Source: a virus
Length of the DNA stretch: 64,000 nucleotides
Reading direction: 5' to 3' (one strand)
IMG/VR virus record: IMGVR_UViG_3300044957_000346
Span: 10,429-74,428 of that record
Shown here: in pieces, positions 31,500 through 42,876 of the stretch
Numbering within the stretch: the first letter of the stretch is position 1
How the letters are laid out: each line of letters opens with the position of its first letter
Position numbers and translations under genes: made by a program
Notes under the pieces: generated by a model
What the model saw: only the letters and a program-made list of their open reading frames with translations
Databases searched by the model: none
Told to the model about the DNA's origin: nothing

Positions 31500-32234
31500 T
31501 TAAAATCTTTGTTTTAATATCTTCTTTCCATCTTGTAGAATATCTGGATCAAATACCTTTGGACCTTTACTTATATAACCTTTACCACATGTAAATGTGC
31601 AGTTATAACAAAGTAACCTAATGTTTTCCAATTTATGGTTTTTGTTATTGCCATCTTCAAAATTTAATAATAATGGTATTTTACCATCCGTGAGTCTTCG
31701 TTCGTGATAACCACATTGTTCACACTCTGATTTTTTAATACCACTTCTTATGAGTTTATCCTTTAATCTGTGTATTGGGAAATCTGGATGTTTACCATCT
31801 AATATATCTTGTATTGGAAATTTACCTTTATTAGGATCTATAGGCCCCCTACAACATACACCTTTCGTAACAGGCCATCCTTTGGTTTTGTGTATGCCGT
31901 ATAGTTTTGCATATTTCTTGAATGTGATATAACTTATACCAAGTAGTTTTGCAGCTTTTTTTGCGGTAGGTGCTCTATCAATTGCTTCTTGAACTTCCGA
32001 TTGTAATATTGGTTTTTGGTTTCTACTGTGAGTTTTTCTTTTTGGATATAATTGTTCGGAAAATTGTTTTTCCAAATGAGGTATGGTGACTCCTTTTGAT
32101 TGAAGTATTTTAAATTCTTCTATCTCATTTCTTACATCTTGACCCAACTGACTTAAACTAAGTAATTCTTCAACTTTGCTTTTAAGCTGGTCAAGTTCTT
32201 GTAACTTTTTTTCTATCTGTGATTGATCCATCAT
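31500..32234 (-). CDS. HTH plus HNH-like Zn-binding protein
   Basis: AAKLLGISY.TFKKY; CEQCG...DGNNKNHKLENIRLLCYNC. Confidence 0.7.
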   Translation of the reverse strand: MMDQSQIEKKLQELDQLKSKVEELLSLSQLGQDVRNEIEEFKILQSKGVTIPHLEKQFSEQLYPKRKTHSRNQKPILQSEVQEAIDRAPTAKKAAKLLGISYITFKKYAKLYGIHKTKGWPVTKGVCCRGPIDPNKGKFPIQDILDGKHPDFPIHRLKDKLIRSGIKKSECEQCGYHERRLTDGKIPLLLNFEDGNNKNHKLENIRLLCYNCTFTCGKGYISKGPKVFDPDILQDGKKILKQRF

Positions 32235-32566
32235 GTTTTTGAAGCCGATAACGGTTCTTTAGCTAAATCTATCGAGGTATTCATATAAAACACTTTCCTC
32301 AACACTTCGGCTCTAGATGGTGATCCGGCATTTAATAAAACTTTATATGTATTTATAATTTTTTTCTTTGCGTTTTTTCTTTTGAGTGATTTGACAAACA
32401 TCACAGGATTTACTAAAAAATCGGAATCCCCCTCAATTGTTTTTTTAATTTTAAATTCAACACCTCTTGTACATGCCTCGACATGTGGATCTGCAAATAT
32501 AGATTCGTCAACATATACTTCTAACGACCAATCTGCTGTACTAACTGAATAATTATTTTTATACAT
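32231..32566 (-). CDS. Hypothetical protein
   Basis: Overlapping operon ORF. Confidence 0.55.
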   Translation of the reverse strand: MYKNNYSVSTADWSLEVYVDESIFADPHVEACTRGVEFKIKKTIEGDSDFLVNPVMFVKSLKRKNAKKKIINTYKVLLNAGSPSRAEVLRKVFYMNTSIDLAKEPLSASKT

Positions 32567-34163
32567 AGTTCATATCCCCGTCGTTAAGTAAATCCAAGTT
32601 GGTTAGTTTTTGATTAACACTATCACAAACTTTTTCTTCAACGGTATTAGCAACAAATACAATTTTCTGTATACTCTTGCTTTTTGCACCATCACGCCAG
32701 ACTCTACCAGTGGCTTGACGCATGTTTACAGCTGAATATGATGGGCTAATTAATGCCAATCTTGGATGTTTACCGGTTATATCGTGTAAGCTTAACCCAG
32801 CACCACCCGCTGCTAGATTTAGTAGTATCACGCGTTGTTTATCACTTTGAAAATCATCAATGCTTTGTTGACGAGTTTTTGCGTACTTAGCTTCACCATT
32901 CACAATACATTTGGTATTTAGTCTTTGTGATAAAGCTTCTATAGTTTCTGAAAAGTTCAAAAATACAGCAATACTCATATTATTTTCTAAAGCATCTTCA
33001 ACCATTTCAACAAATAGGGGAACTTTTGTCATTTCTACCTTTTGCCTGGATCTCAGAATAGCTGTAAGTTCGCTGCTCTTTTTATCTTTCTTTAGTAACT
33101 TTTCAATCTTAAGCAATTCAAGTCGCATTTCATCATACGCGGCATTAATTTTATCCTGATCTTCTTTATCCATTTCATAACAGTTTGCGATGATTTGACT
33201 TTCTGGAAAGTTTGGAATTGTATCTCTACTCAATCTTACGCCTCTGTTTGTAAATATATCGGTGCTTAATTTAGTTAATGATTTGCGATCACCTGTGAAT
33301 TCCATTCCGAATCTACCTCTTACCACACCATGTGCATAAGCCCAATCATAATATTGTTTGTTGTTATTAAACAACTTTATACACTGTCCTACAGTACGAA
33401 GTTCAAGTGGATTTGTTGCCATAGTAGCGCTACAAAATAACATCTTATATCCAGATTTAAGCGCGGCCATACAAGTTTCACTGTTCTTGGTTTTTGCGTT
33501 CTTTAATTTTTGAGCTTCATCCCAAACAATCAAAGTATTCTTAGGAAGCTTCCAAACAAATTCTTTACGACGAGTGTCTCTTCGTTTAACTATAGATACA
33601 TAGATGCTATCTGATTTACCTATACGAAGAGTTTCATAATTAACAATGCCAATACAATTGCCCCAATACTTAAAGTGATTTTTTATAACTCTTTTCCAAC
33701 TTTCCATGACTGCTTTTGGACATACAACCATAATATCCACATTTAATTCTCTAGCAACGGCGGTGGCTGTATATGTTTTGCCAACGCCGACATCGCTTCC
33801 GTCTACCGCAGCCCCCCACTTTTTAATTGAGGCTACTATTTTGCTTACCGCATCAACTTGCCACGGTCTTAGACCCGTTGTATTTTTAACCTCATATAAA
33901 GGCAAAGATTCATCTTGTTTTTCATTGGCTTTTTTGGGTTCTTTAAACAGTGTTGGATTATCTTTAATCTCGGTTAGAATCCAATTATCTCCCAATTTTG
34001 TTACGCCATATCCACGATCCTTTAATATGAGTCTATTTACCTTCCAGTAGGTAAAAAATTGGTTTAAATATGCTTGAGGTATAACCCAACTTCTTTGAAA
34101 CAGAACATCGCCGTTTTTCTCAATTTGAACTGGATCAGACCATTGTATGTTCAAATTAATCAT
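32559..34163 (-). CDS. Superfamily 2 helicase (SNF2-like)
   Basis: LRPWQ, GVGKT, VVCP, WDEAQ, SAT, GAGLSL, QATGRVWR. Confidence 0.88.
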   Translation of the reverse strand: MINLNIQWSDPVQIEKNGDVLFQRSWVIPQAYLNQFFTYWKVNRLILKDRGYGVTKLGDNWILTEIKDNPTLFKEPKKANEKQDESLPLYEVKNTTGLRPWQVDAVSKIVASIKKWGAAVDGSDVGVGKTYTATAVARELNVDIMVVCPKAVMESWKRVIKNHFKYWGNCIGIVNYETLRIGKSDSIYVSIVKRRDTRRKEFVWKLPKNTLIVWDEAQKLKNAKTKNSETCMAALKSGYKMLFCSATMATNPLELRTVGQCIKLFNNNKQYYDWAYAHGVVRGRFGMEFTGDRKSLTKLSTDIFTNRGVRLSRDTIPNFPESQIIANCYEMDKEDQDKINAAYDEMRLELLKIEKLLKKDKKSSELTAILRSRQKVEMTKVPLFVEMVEDALENNMSIAVFLNFSETIEALSQRLNTKCIVNGEAKYAKTRQQSIDDFQSDKQRVILLNLAAGGAGLSLHDITGKHPRLALISPSYSAVNMRQATGRVWRDGAKSKSIQKIVFVANTVEEKVCDSVNQKLTNLDLLNDGDMNYV

Positions 34164-34166
34164 AGA

Positions 34167-34466
34167 TTAGTCACCCATTTCGTTTCTATACTTTAGATTT
34201 CTTTGTAATTCATGAATATTTGTTTTTACATGACGACCATCATCTCTAAGTACTCCAATATCAAAATGGCCACTCATTAATTCTGTGAAATAAATTCCCT
34301 GCACATCGTCAAATCCATGACCCAGAGTTTGCATCTCAAACATCCAGTTTTTACGGTTTTGATTAAATTTCTTTTTACAAAGTTGTTCCAAATAACCTAC
34401 AATGTCGTTAACATCTTCAAAATAAACAACCTTGTTGATAGTGGTATCTCTTATATAGTATTTCAT
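34167..34466 (-). CDS. Hypothetical protein
   Basis: ORF downstream of a minus-strand TTGACT-N17-TAGAAT promoter (34475-34503). Confidence 0.6.
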   Translation of the reverse strand: MKYYIRDTTINKVVYFEDVNDIVGYLEQLCKKKFNQNRKNWMFEMQTLGHGFDDVQGIYFTELMSGHFDIGVLRDDGRHVKTNIHELQRNLKYRNEMGD

Positions 34467-34519
34467 AAAAATTATTCTACTATATGACTATTACTTAGTC
34501 AACTACTTTTAGTGTTATA

Positions 34520-35092
34520 TTATTCGTTATTTCTTTCGGTTTGACTTCTTATAGTTTCAAAATACTGAATTATATGATTTATAACCACGTCCGTTATATC
34601 TTCTAACCAATCGTCCGGTTTAAATTCGGTCGCACTTAAACCAGCATGTATTGGCTTTAAATGTCCATCTTGAAATTCTTGTCTTAAAAAGTCAATTAAA
34701 TCTCTTTTTAGACCTTCTTTGTGGGCTATCACAAATATCTCACTTAGCGATTCTTTATAACCTACTCTCACCGGATTCTTACCCTTACCACCACTACCTT
34801 TTTCTCCTCTACCCGCGGCTCTTTGAGCAGCTTTCTTTCTTTTTACCCAATTAGCTATAGCCTTCTTGCCACCTTTTGCTCTTAATCTAGCAGCGTATTT
34901 TTTACCTAAACATGCGCTATAACTACTACCTTTCTTTGCATCTCCACACTTGCCAGCCTTTTTGCCCGTACTATCGTATCTATCCCAACCACCTCCACTG
35001 GAGCTACCAACTGGTCCCTTACCAAACCAAGCTCTTAACCCACCACGGTATGCTTCGTCTAACTTTGTAAAATATAAATCGTTTGTATCCAT
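34520..35092 (-). CDS. Basic Gly/Lys-rich putative virion protein
   Basis: KLDE then GGLRAWF..W.R...GKCG...CL; upstream TATTTATT. Confidence 0.6.
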   Translation of the reverse strand: MDTNDLYFTKLDEAYRGGLRAWFGKGPVGSSSGGGWDRYDSTGKKAGKCGDAKKGSSYSACLGKKYAARLRAKGGKKAIANWVKRKKAAQRAAGRGEKGSGGKGKNPVRVGYKESLSEIFVIAHKEGLKRDLIDFLRQEFQDGHLKPIHAGLSATEFKPDDWLEDITDVVINHIIQYFETIRSQTERNNE

Positions 35093-35284
35093 TTACAATA
35101 AATATCACAAAACATTATTAAACCTGTCTACTAAATTATTAAAGAATTTCTCAACCCTATTCTTTTCAACTTTTTTCTTTTGGGTTTCGTTTAAGTAAAA
35201 ATTAATTTCAGATTCTCCCAACTCAATGTCTGAGTCTTTTAACTTGATGGTGATTTTTTTTTGTTTTTTCATAGTGGAATCAAT

Positions 35285-35322
35285 AAAAAAAAAAGATATG
35301 TAATCTAAGATTACATATCTTT
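35285..35322 (-). terminator. Intrinsic terminator
   Basis: 14-bp perfect stem AAAGATATGTAATC/GATTACATATCTTT with a T-run on the minus strand. Confidence 0.7.
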
Positions 35323-35347
35323 GCGATTAGAAAAAATTCTAAATAAT

Positions 35348-35995
35348 TTATTTGTTCACCAAAAAATGTTTCCAATCTTGGTGTTTCGCTTCTTTGATTA
35401 GAGCATATACTGGAATAGGCTGAGGCGCCGCTGGATTTTTCAATAGTTTCAAACCAGCTTCACTGTTTAGTCTATTACCCTTTTTGGAGTTAATATCTTT
35501 TGAACACAATACCAGATTGGTCCAAGAATCTTCTCCACCCTTACTACGAGGAATAACATGGTCAACTGTGGCCCGATGTTTTTCAATTTTTTCACCGGTG
35601 TATTGACAAACACCATTGTCACGGTTAAAAATTGCGTCCTTACTAGGTTTACCCCTAAAATGCTTTACAGGCATCTTGTTGAAGTTAACAGAAATTAATA
35701 CTGTTGGAACACGAATAATTCTGTTTGGAGAATTTATGGTCAAATCCCAACTACGAATCGGTAGAGTCATCCATTCAGTCCAAGATACCGGAGTCATGCT
35801 TTTAGGATCATCCAATATTGGATCCCCATTTTCGTCGGTCTCGTAATCAATATCCAATGCTGAACTAGTTGGCTTGCCATCAGATTCAGCGCCGCATAAA
35901 TCAATAATTGCATCTTTTACGGTTTTAAATCCAACTGGTTGCCAGTTGGCATTCAAATTTAGACATATTAACTTATTTGCTATTGTAGTATTCAT
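35348..35995 (-). CDS. HNH endonuclease (McrA-like)
   Basis: LNANWQP, IFNRD..CQYTG, TVDHVIPRSKGG.DSWTNLV..N..KG. Confidence 0.88.
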   Translation of the reverse strand: MNTTIANKLICLNLNANWQPVGFKTVKDAIIDLCGAESDGKPTSSALDIDYETDENGDPILDDPKSMTPVSWTEWMTLPIRSWDLTINSPNRIIRVPTVLISVNFNKMPVKHFRGKPSKDAIFNRDNGVCQYTGEKIEKHRATVDHVIPRSKGGEDSWTNLVLCSKDINSKKGNRLNSEAGLKLLKNPAAPQPIPVYALIKEAKHQDWKHFLVNK

Positions 35996-36009
35996 AACTC
36001 ACAATATAA

Positions 36010-36354
36010 CTATACCACACTTTTTATAAATGTCAAGGGATTTTCTTCTCGTTCAAGACTTTCGTCAAGTCTATTCTTAATCATATGTAATGGGCACCGA
36101 AACCATTCCTTTTTTCTGTCGGTTGCAAAATATTTCATATTTTCTTGAATTTTCTTTTCTGCTGAATAACAATCCGGGTGTTTTACATAGTGCTCTATCT
36201 TATAATCCCGAAATGGAGACGAAGTTTGATAGGTTCTTAATCTGGAGTTTATATCGTGTGTAACTCCAATTTTGTAATATTCTGGAAAATGAATATTACT
36301 GATTATATATATGTATCCTTCTTTTTTTCTAGATAATTTCGTCTGCGAGTCCAT
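36010..36354 (-). CDS. T5orf172/GIY-YIG-like protein
   Basis: GYIYII...YKIGVT...RL..YQT..P...EWF. Confidence 0.8.
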   Translation of the reverse strand: MDSQTKLSRKKEGYIYIISNIHFPEYYKIGVTHDINSRLRTYQTSSPFRDYKIEHYVKHPDCYSAEKKIQENMKYFATDRKKEWFRCPLHMIKNRLDESLEREENPLTFIKSVV

Positions 36355-36931
36355 ATTTTACAGCATCTTCTGCGTTCAAATATATATCACGTTTTAATAC
36401 CTCATTTAACTCAGACTCACCAAATTTAGTATGTTTTAAGTAAATAGACTTAATTATATCTGATAACATATCCAAATTGTGAGTTTCGTCTTTAAAGTTT
36501 TCATGAGTTCCTTGAAACCAACTACGAACTTGATGAATCAACATTACTGAATTTTTATTGATATATCTTTTATGACAGCTTACGCTGATGAGTGTTGCAG
36601 CGCTGGCAACCAAACCTTCTACATAACTGTGTACAGGCACTTTACTGGTTCGTATTCTGTCTACAGTGGACAAGGCTCCAAATACCTGACCCCCATCGCT
36701 ATTTATGTATAATTTTATTGGAGCCGGATTTGGTAAATCAAAGGTTATTTGGTGTATTAACAGTTGTTTGGAAAGATCGGTTATCGATTTGTTTATTGTG
36801 AATATAGACTCATTATTTACATCCGAATAAAAATATATATCATTACTTGTTATAACCGATGAATATTTTGTTTTATCGTGTTGAATATCTTGGTCATCTA
36901 AATCAGCAGTTAGCATTAATTTTTTAGACAT
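36329..36931 (-). CDS. clpP: ClpP-like protease
   Basis: YINSDGG, ASAATLI, MLIHQ, RD.YL.A.DAV.YGL.D.I. Confidence 0.88.
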   Translation of the reverse strand: MSKKLMLTADLDDQDIQHDKTKYSSVITSNDIYFYSDVNNESIFTINKSITDLSKQLLIHQITFDLPNPAPIKLYINSDGGQVFGALSTVDRIRTSKVPVHSYVEGLVASAATLISVSCHKRYINKNSVMLIHQVRSWFQGTHENFKDETHNLDMLSDIIKSIYLKHTKFGESELNEVLKRDIYLNAEDAVKYGLADEII

Positions 36932-37002
36932 GTTACTTTATAAATAGAAATCGTGTAAATTATAAAATTATTTTTATTGATCTAATCAATACATATGGAA
37001 GT

Positions 37003-38133
37003 ATGAATACTTGGAAACTTAACGAAAACCACTTCACTTGGTTAGATAGGTTAAAAATTTGCAAGTTTTTTTTAAATACTAAAAATTTTTGGACATATGG
37101 TAAATATGTTAAAAAGTTTGAAGAAGAGATGACAAAATATGTAGGCGTCAAACATGCGTTATTTGTTTCAAGTGGGTCAACGGCCAATACAGTATTAGCA
37201 TATTATTTAGGAACCGTGACGACCAAAAAGAAGATTATATTTCCATCTGTGACTTGGGCAACATCAATTACACCATTTGTTAAGTGCGGATTTGAACCAA
37301 TATTTGTAGATGTGTCATTAAATGATTTATCGGCAAATTTAGATGAAATTGAAACTATACTTCAAAATGACAAAGATATCGCTTTGATATTTGTCACATC
37401 CCTATTGGGTGTATCTCCCGATATTGGTAGATTAAAACAAATAGAAGCTAAGTATGGTGTTAGGGTTATGTTGGATAATTGCGAAAGTACACTTAGTAGT
37501 TATAATGGAAAAAATTTAAGCAGTTATTTCACATCTACTACTAGTACATATTTTGGACATTTGTTACAAAGTGTAGAAGGCGGATTTGTGTTCACCAACG
37601 ATGATTCAGAATACGAAATGTTCAATATGATTCGAAATCATGGTATGTACAGACATTTGGAGCCAAACAGAACCGAAAAGTATAGAAATAAAGATGTAGA
37701 TTCTAGGTTTGATTTTTATACCATTGGAAATAATTTTAGAAATAGTGACATTCACGCATTCATAGGATTATTAGACTTTTCTAGAACCAATAAATATATA
37801 AGTCATAGAAAAGATTGTTATCAACACTTTGTTAAGTGTCTTAATAAAGATAGATACTACACCATTGATTTTAATGATGAAAATATTATGTTTTCGTTGC
37901 CTATAATCTGCAAATCATCGTCTGACCTACAATCAATTAAAGATTATTGTGACAAAAACAATATAGAGTATAGACCGATTGTAGGTGGTAATATTTTGAA
38001 ACAAACCGCATTTAAAAAATATTCGTATAAATCATATGAAAACGTTGACACCATACATCAATGTGGAATTTATATTGGGTTACATTATGGTGTCAACAAA
38101 TCTCAAATAGAAGAGTTTTGTTCTTCTATTTAA
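37003..38133 (+). CDS. PLP-dependent DegT-family enzyme, ColD/E1-type dehydratase
   Basis: VSSGSTAN, DNCE, STYFGHLLQSVEGG with His at the usual Schiff-base Lys position. Confidence 0.75.
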   Translation: MNTWKLNENHFTWLDRLKICKFFLNTKNFWTYGKYVKKFEEEMTKYVGVKHALFVSSGSTANTVLAYYLGTVTTKKKIIFPSVTWATSITPFVKCGFEPIFVDVSLNDLSANLDEIETILQNDKDIALIFVTSLLGVSPDIGRLKQIEAKYGVRVMLDNCESTLSSYNGKNLSSYFTSTTSTYFGHLLQSVEGGFVFTNDDSEYEMFNMIRNHGMYRHLEPNRTEKYRNKDVDSRFDFYTIGNNFRNSDIHAFIGLLDFSRTNKYISHRKDCYQHFVKCLNKDRYYTIDFNDENIMFSLPIICKSSSDLQSIKDYCDKNNIEYRPIVGGNILKQTAFKKYSYKSYENVDTIHQCGIYIGLHYGVNKSQIEEFCSSI

Positions 38134-38138
38134 TTACT

Positions 38139-39137
38139 TTATATACGAGTTATACATAATATTTTATCGTCGGTATCATACACTATTGTGTTGACAACCG
38201 AAGTATTGTTTTTATCAGTCAGTTGTATTGAAACTTTAGTGTTCGAATCTATATTTCGGGTCTGATACCAGCTTCTTGACCCCCTATATTCATCGTACAC
38301 TAAATTTTCGTTTATATACACTTTTACCTTATACACTTCGGTTGATGTGGTGTTATAATACATTGCATGCACCGACCCGGTTACACTTTTTGTCAAAAAA
38401 AATGACTGCGTAGCTTGAAAATTTATGTTATTGTGTCTAATATTAAATTCTTCATTTCCATTTAAATACGGAAAGTCTTCAAGTTTTATTTCATAAATAT
38501 CATCGTTTTTATGTCTGAAACAATTGTAGAACGCGACCTCTTATATTTTGTGAGTGCCAATATTGTGGGAGTTTTGTGGTAAATTACAATCGTGGTAGTT
38601 ATCAGGATATTGTAAATTTTCAATTACAAACTTTATGTTTGCAAAAAAGTTTGTGGTGTGTAACATTTTTTCATATGAAAATTCTCCTACTACAGCACAC
38701 ATTTTTTTAACATTTAGAATATCAAAGAAATATTGCAATTGATTTACATTGACTAAAATATCATCTTCTGTGTAATACGCATTATCGAATCCAAGAAAGT
38801 TTGCGGTATTAAATAAAAATTTGATGTTTCTATTGATTATCAAATCTGTTGAATCTTGAAACAAAATGTAGTCAATATTTGATATATTAAATGTAAAACA
38901 TGCGACACCTCCGAGACCGGAACAATATGCATTTCTATAAAATGATGCTGGTTTTATTTCTTTTTCTTTATTTATAATGATATAATCGACCATCGAATAA
39001 ATTGATTGTGGAACTTCACATCCAGAACACAAAATTATTGGAATGTTTAATGTTTTAAAACTTAAAATTTGTTTTTCCAATACTTTTATTTTTTTCTCAT
39101 TTATTGGATACGAATTTATAAGTATGCATTTTTTCAT
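38139..39137 (-). pseudogene. Hypothetical GT-like protein with one in-frame TAA
   Basis: ORFs 38541-39137 and 38139-38396 are in the same frame (HKI*EVAFY); YTEDD motif. Confidence 0.6.
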
Positions 39138-39946
39138 ATATGTGAGTATATATATCCTTCATTAGAGTGTCTCATATGGAATAAGTCTATGGTTTTTCTC
39201 TTATAGTATATTTCTCCATCAAAGTACGGTGCATTTTGCAATCTTTCTATTAAATTTTGTTGGAATAAAAATCCTAATTTTGGATTGTCTAATGTGAGAC
39301 GACCGTGAATTTCGACGCTGATATTTTTTATTTTGGATAAATTTTCGTCACTTATTCCCTCAAATACATTATATTCGTGTCCTTCAACATCCACCTTTAG
39401 AAAATCAACAGTATCTAAAAGTTTTTGGTCAAATAAATAATTTAGAGTTACACAGTATGTGAGAGAATCGTCTTTTTTACGATATTTATCATCTTGCAAA
39501 TTATTTTCTTTGCTCCAAACGGTGTTTAAATTTTTGAACCCAACTTCATCGCTTATTGCAAATTGATATAACGATGAATTTGGAATATTGTTCATTAAGA
39601 ATGCTTTGCTTTCTTTTGAAGACGGCTCAAATGCTATAATCTTTTTTGCTCCTCTCTGATAAGCAAAATAAGAAGTTAATCCACAGCTTGCACCTATATC
39701 TACAAACACATTGCACGAATTATCTATAATACAACCCCCAGCTTCTATTAATGAGTTTCCAGATGTTAAGAATTGTGAATCGTGATATTTCGAAAAGTCA
39801 AATGCTTCCAAATAAGTGTAACATGCTTTTGGATATTGTCCACATCTAATATTATCATAATTATATACATTTGGCTCAAAATGATACAATGTGGGATCAT
39901 TGTGATAGCCGTCTACATAACAATAAAATGGAAATTTTTGTGTCAA
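39134..39946 (-). CDS. FkbM-family methyltransferase
   Basis: VDIGASCG, AFEP, DFLKVDVEGHEY, VEIH. Confidence 0.85.
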   Translation of the reverse strand: MTQKFPFYCYVDGYHNDPTLYHFEPNVYNYDNIRCGQYPKACYTYLEAFDFSKYHDSQFLTSGNSLIEAGGCIIDNSCNVFVDIGASCGLTSYFAYQRGAKKIIAFEPSSKESKAFLMNNIPNSSLYQFAISDEVGFKNLNTVWSKENNLQDDKYRKKDDSLTYCVTLNYLFDQKLLDTVDFLKVDVEGHEYNVFEGISDENLSKIKNISVEIHGRLTLDNPKLGFLFQQNLIERLQNAPYFDGEIYYKRKTIDLFHMRHSNEGYIYSHI

Positions 39947-40449
39947 AAGTCTAAATATAGTTGGTTTGTATTTTCCGTTTTGGTATTTGATAATAATTTT
40001 CTAAGTTCGTCGTCATCAACAAAATTATAATTTTTTGAATTTTTTGCACCATCAATATGCTGTGTCTTTAACCATCCTTTTTTATTGACAACTATATTAT
40101 CAGTTTTGCCTGTGGATTCACAAATAAACCCAGATATATATTCGGCAAAACTAATTATGGCGTTAGTTCGTTCGTTACCACCTTCAATATAGAATCTGAG
40201 TATAGCAAACTTTTCTTTAACTTGTTTTACTTTGATTTGCTTAACAGGCAAATATTTATCCGGATATTTTTCCGACCATTTATTTTGTTGGTCAATGTAG
40301 TCTTGTAGATAACGACTCAACCAAAGTATAAGTCTGAACCATCCGTCATTACATTCAAATCCAAAAAGTGTAAATGGTTCGTTTTGACCACAGCCTTTAT
40401 ACATCTTTGGAAATTTTTTTATCAGATAATTTTGTAAATTTTCGTTCAT
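39943..40449 (-). CDS. Conserved phage hypothetical protein
   Basis: FEC.DGW...QVKEKF..LRFY...ICE.TG. Confidence 0.65.
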   Translation of the reverse strand: MNENLQNYLIKKFPKMYKGCGQNEPFTLFGFECNDGWFRLILWLSRYLQDYIDQQNKWSEKYPDKYLPVKQIKVKQVKEKFAILRFYIEGGNERTNAIISFAEYISGFICESTGKTDNIVVNKKGWLKTQHIDGAKNSKNYNFVDDDELRKLLSNTKTENTNQLYLDF

Positions 40450-40536
40450 AACACTCTGTATACTACACTATGCAATTTTTGTTTATAAATCAAGTTAAAT
40501 TAAATAGATGCCAAAAAATATTTTCTATTTATAAAT

Positions 40537-40734
40537 ATGAGTCACATTATACCAAAACATGGAATGGTATACGGAATAAAATTTCAAATTAAGGATACAA
40601 ATACAATCCGAATTTGGAAGCCAACAGATATTACATTTTCAGCTTTCAAATATAAATGTGATTTTATAATAAAATATTTAATAGATGAGGGTTTTTTTAA
40701 TAAAACTAAATGTAAGGTTGAAGTGGTTACATAA
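40537..40734 (+). CDS. Small hypothetical protein
   Basis: ATG preceded by TATTTATA. Confidence 0.5.
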   Translation: MSHIIPKHGMVYGIKFQIKDTNTIRIWKPTDITFSAFKYKCDFIIKYLIDEGFFNKTKCKVEVVT

Positions 40735-40737
40735 TTT

Positions 40738-41773
40738 ATGAGTAATAATGTTATTTTGTTTTTAACCTCGCCAACATCGTGGGATAGGAGTGAGATGTGT
40801 TTATCCAATTTTAAACAGTTGGAAAAACTTGGATATGATATAATTACACTTACAACATCCGATGGACTTCCAAAGTATATTTATGAAAAATCTAGATTGG
40901 TTATTCATGATTATGCAGAACATAAATGTGAAAAAAAACATTATTACAAACATTTTAAAAACGCCGGGGTTTGGTTATTTTTCCTGGCAATCATTGTCTA
41001 ACGATTCTTATGCCGAAGCAAGGTTCTTTCATGAAACTCACTTTCCATCACTATTAAGAAATACACGAACTTTAATAGAAGTTAGTAAATCGTTTGGATA
41101 TGAAAAGTATTTCTATACAGAAGACGATCATTATATAAACGATGATGATTTTCATCTGGTTGAGTCAAATTTTAAACTATTAGATTCAAATGATTTGGTC
41201 ATATACAAATTTGACCCACGCTCACAGAATTCATCTGGAGAATATGTATACTGTTCATATTTACATTTTGGAAAATGTAATTCTATGCAAAACATTGTGA
41301 AAAACTTTCCGTATACATCATATCAATTTATAAAATCTGATCCTTCTATTTTTATGCATTTTTATGAACGTTTAATAACTACTCTGATCAACGTGCATAA
41401 ATACGAAGGGTTTAAAGTTTTTGAACACTCGGAGTTAATCACGAATATGTTCAAAAACTCCAAACTAAACATGGTGTACTCTTACTGTAACTTACTGGAC
41501 GATTCTAGATGTAATATTATTTACGATAAAAATAACAATAAAAATGTTTTTTACTACAATTCGACTGGCATACCTCAGAGTCTTAATTTAAAAATTCGCA
41601 TTAATGATTCTATTATTACAGACAAAATCATGCATCCTGGATGCTGGTTTTGTCTGGAGATTGGTGATCAAGACTTAAATAATACGGACATTATAATTAA
41701 TGATAAACTAATTAAGTCGTTCAAAAGTTTAAACATTAATGATGTTGTTTATAACGGAGAAATTAGTTATTAA
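40738..41773 (+). pseudogene. Hypothetical GT-like protein, frameshifted; paralog of 38139-39137
   Basis: Two overlapping ORFs join near 40930-40970; FYTEDD motif. Confidence 0.55.
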
Positions 41774-42070
41774 CTCATCAACATTTTTAATATCTGTCAA
41801 ATTAAATTCGTCATTGCAATTATTGATAATAATTTCGGTATAACCAAATTGTTTCAAAAATTTTAATATTGATGTCAAACTGGCAGTCAAACTAGTTTCT
41901 TCCTTTATATGAAAAATTTGTTCAAAATCTTTATATATTGTTTTTTTTAAGTCACATTCGTTTGTTACCAAAAAATGTTTGTATATATACTCACATAAAT
42001 TTTTATGTTTGAACAAATTGTTTTTATTTGCATCTTTATCTTTGTAGAGTATATGTACAACTGCTTTCAT

Positions 42071-42820
42071 TTATTTTATTTTATATATAAATTCATTTGA
42101 CTCTGGTTCAACACCTTTTTGCAAAAAGTTATAACTGTATTCATATCTTCCAATATGCGCTAGTCTAATTGTGGTGTCACAATATATATCTGTTCCACTG
42201 TCTCTAGCACGCTTACAGAACGAAAAGTCTTCGCCAACATAATTATCTTCTATAATCATTGGTAAAAACCAAGGATGAGCTTTATATTGACCACCCCAAA
42301 TATTTACTGGTTTAAGATCGAAAGTTTTTGCAATTTTTTCGTATACATTTACACGCGTATACATAAATCCGGTTGCAGCATACTCAGCTTCATATAAACC
42401 GCCTTTGTTGCCGAATATAATTTCTTTAAAATCACTTTTAAATTTTGTGGTGAGAGTAGGCCACCCTTTAACACTATATGCTCCTGTAACGAATGGGAGA
42501 TTGTAATTTAAAATTTTGTAAACATCTGGAACATAAAAACTAATGTCGCTGTCTATCCAAAACAAATGTTCATATCCATTGTCAATTGCTTGTTGTGCCA
42601 TTACACATCTTCCCTGATCGATAGCGCTAAATCCAAATTTTCTATACACTTTTACACCATCTTTTTCCAGTTGACGAAGCGACTCATCACATGCTGGCTC
42701 TATGTGTGATGCCACAGGAACTAGAATTATTAATTTAGAAAGTTGATCTTTAGTGGGGATGAAATTAATTTCTTTACGAAAAACGGACGTCGAGTCTGAT
42801 TTTTTTATAAAATTAAACAT
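42071..42820 (-). CDS. GT2-like glycosyltransferase
   Basis: I..GR, LFWIDSDI, ATGF, GEDFSFC.R, H.G. Confidence 0.75.
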   Translation of the reverse strand: MFNFIKKSDSTSVFRKEINFIPTKDQLSKLIILVPVASHIEPACDESLRQLEKDGVKVYRKFGFSAIDQGRCVMAQQAIDNGYEHLFWIDSDISFYVPDVYKILNYNLPFVTGAYSVKGWPTLTTKFKSDFKEIIFGNKGGLYEAEYAATGFMYTRVNVYEKIAKTFDLKPVNIWGGQYKAHPWFLPMIIEDNYVGEDFSFCKRARDSGTDIYCDTTIRLAHIGRYEYSYNFLQKGVEPESNEFIYKIK

Positions 42821-42876
42821 AACATATCTTATATATATTTATTGTCGTATCTATATATTATTATATTTAAAGTTTT

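Noticed and set aside
15227-39137. Stop-codon reassignment (alternative genetic code)
   Set aside because: Internal stops include TGA, TAG and TAA alike and coexist with frameshifts, and conserved genes read through in the standard code; decay or error is simpler.
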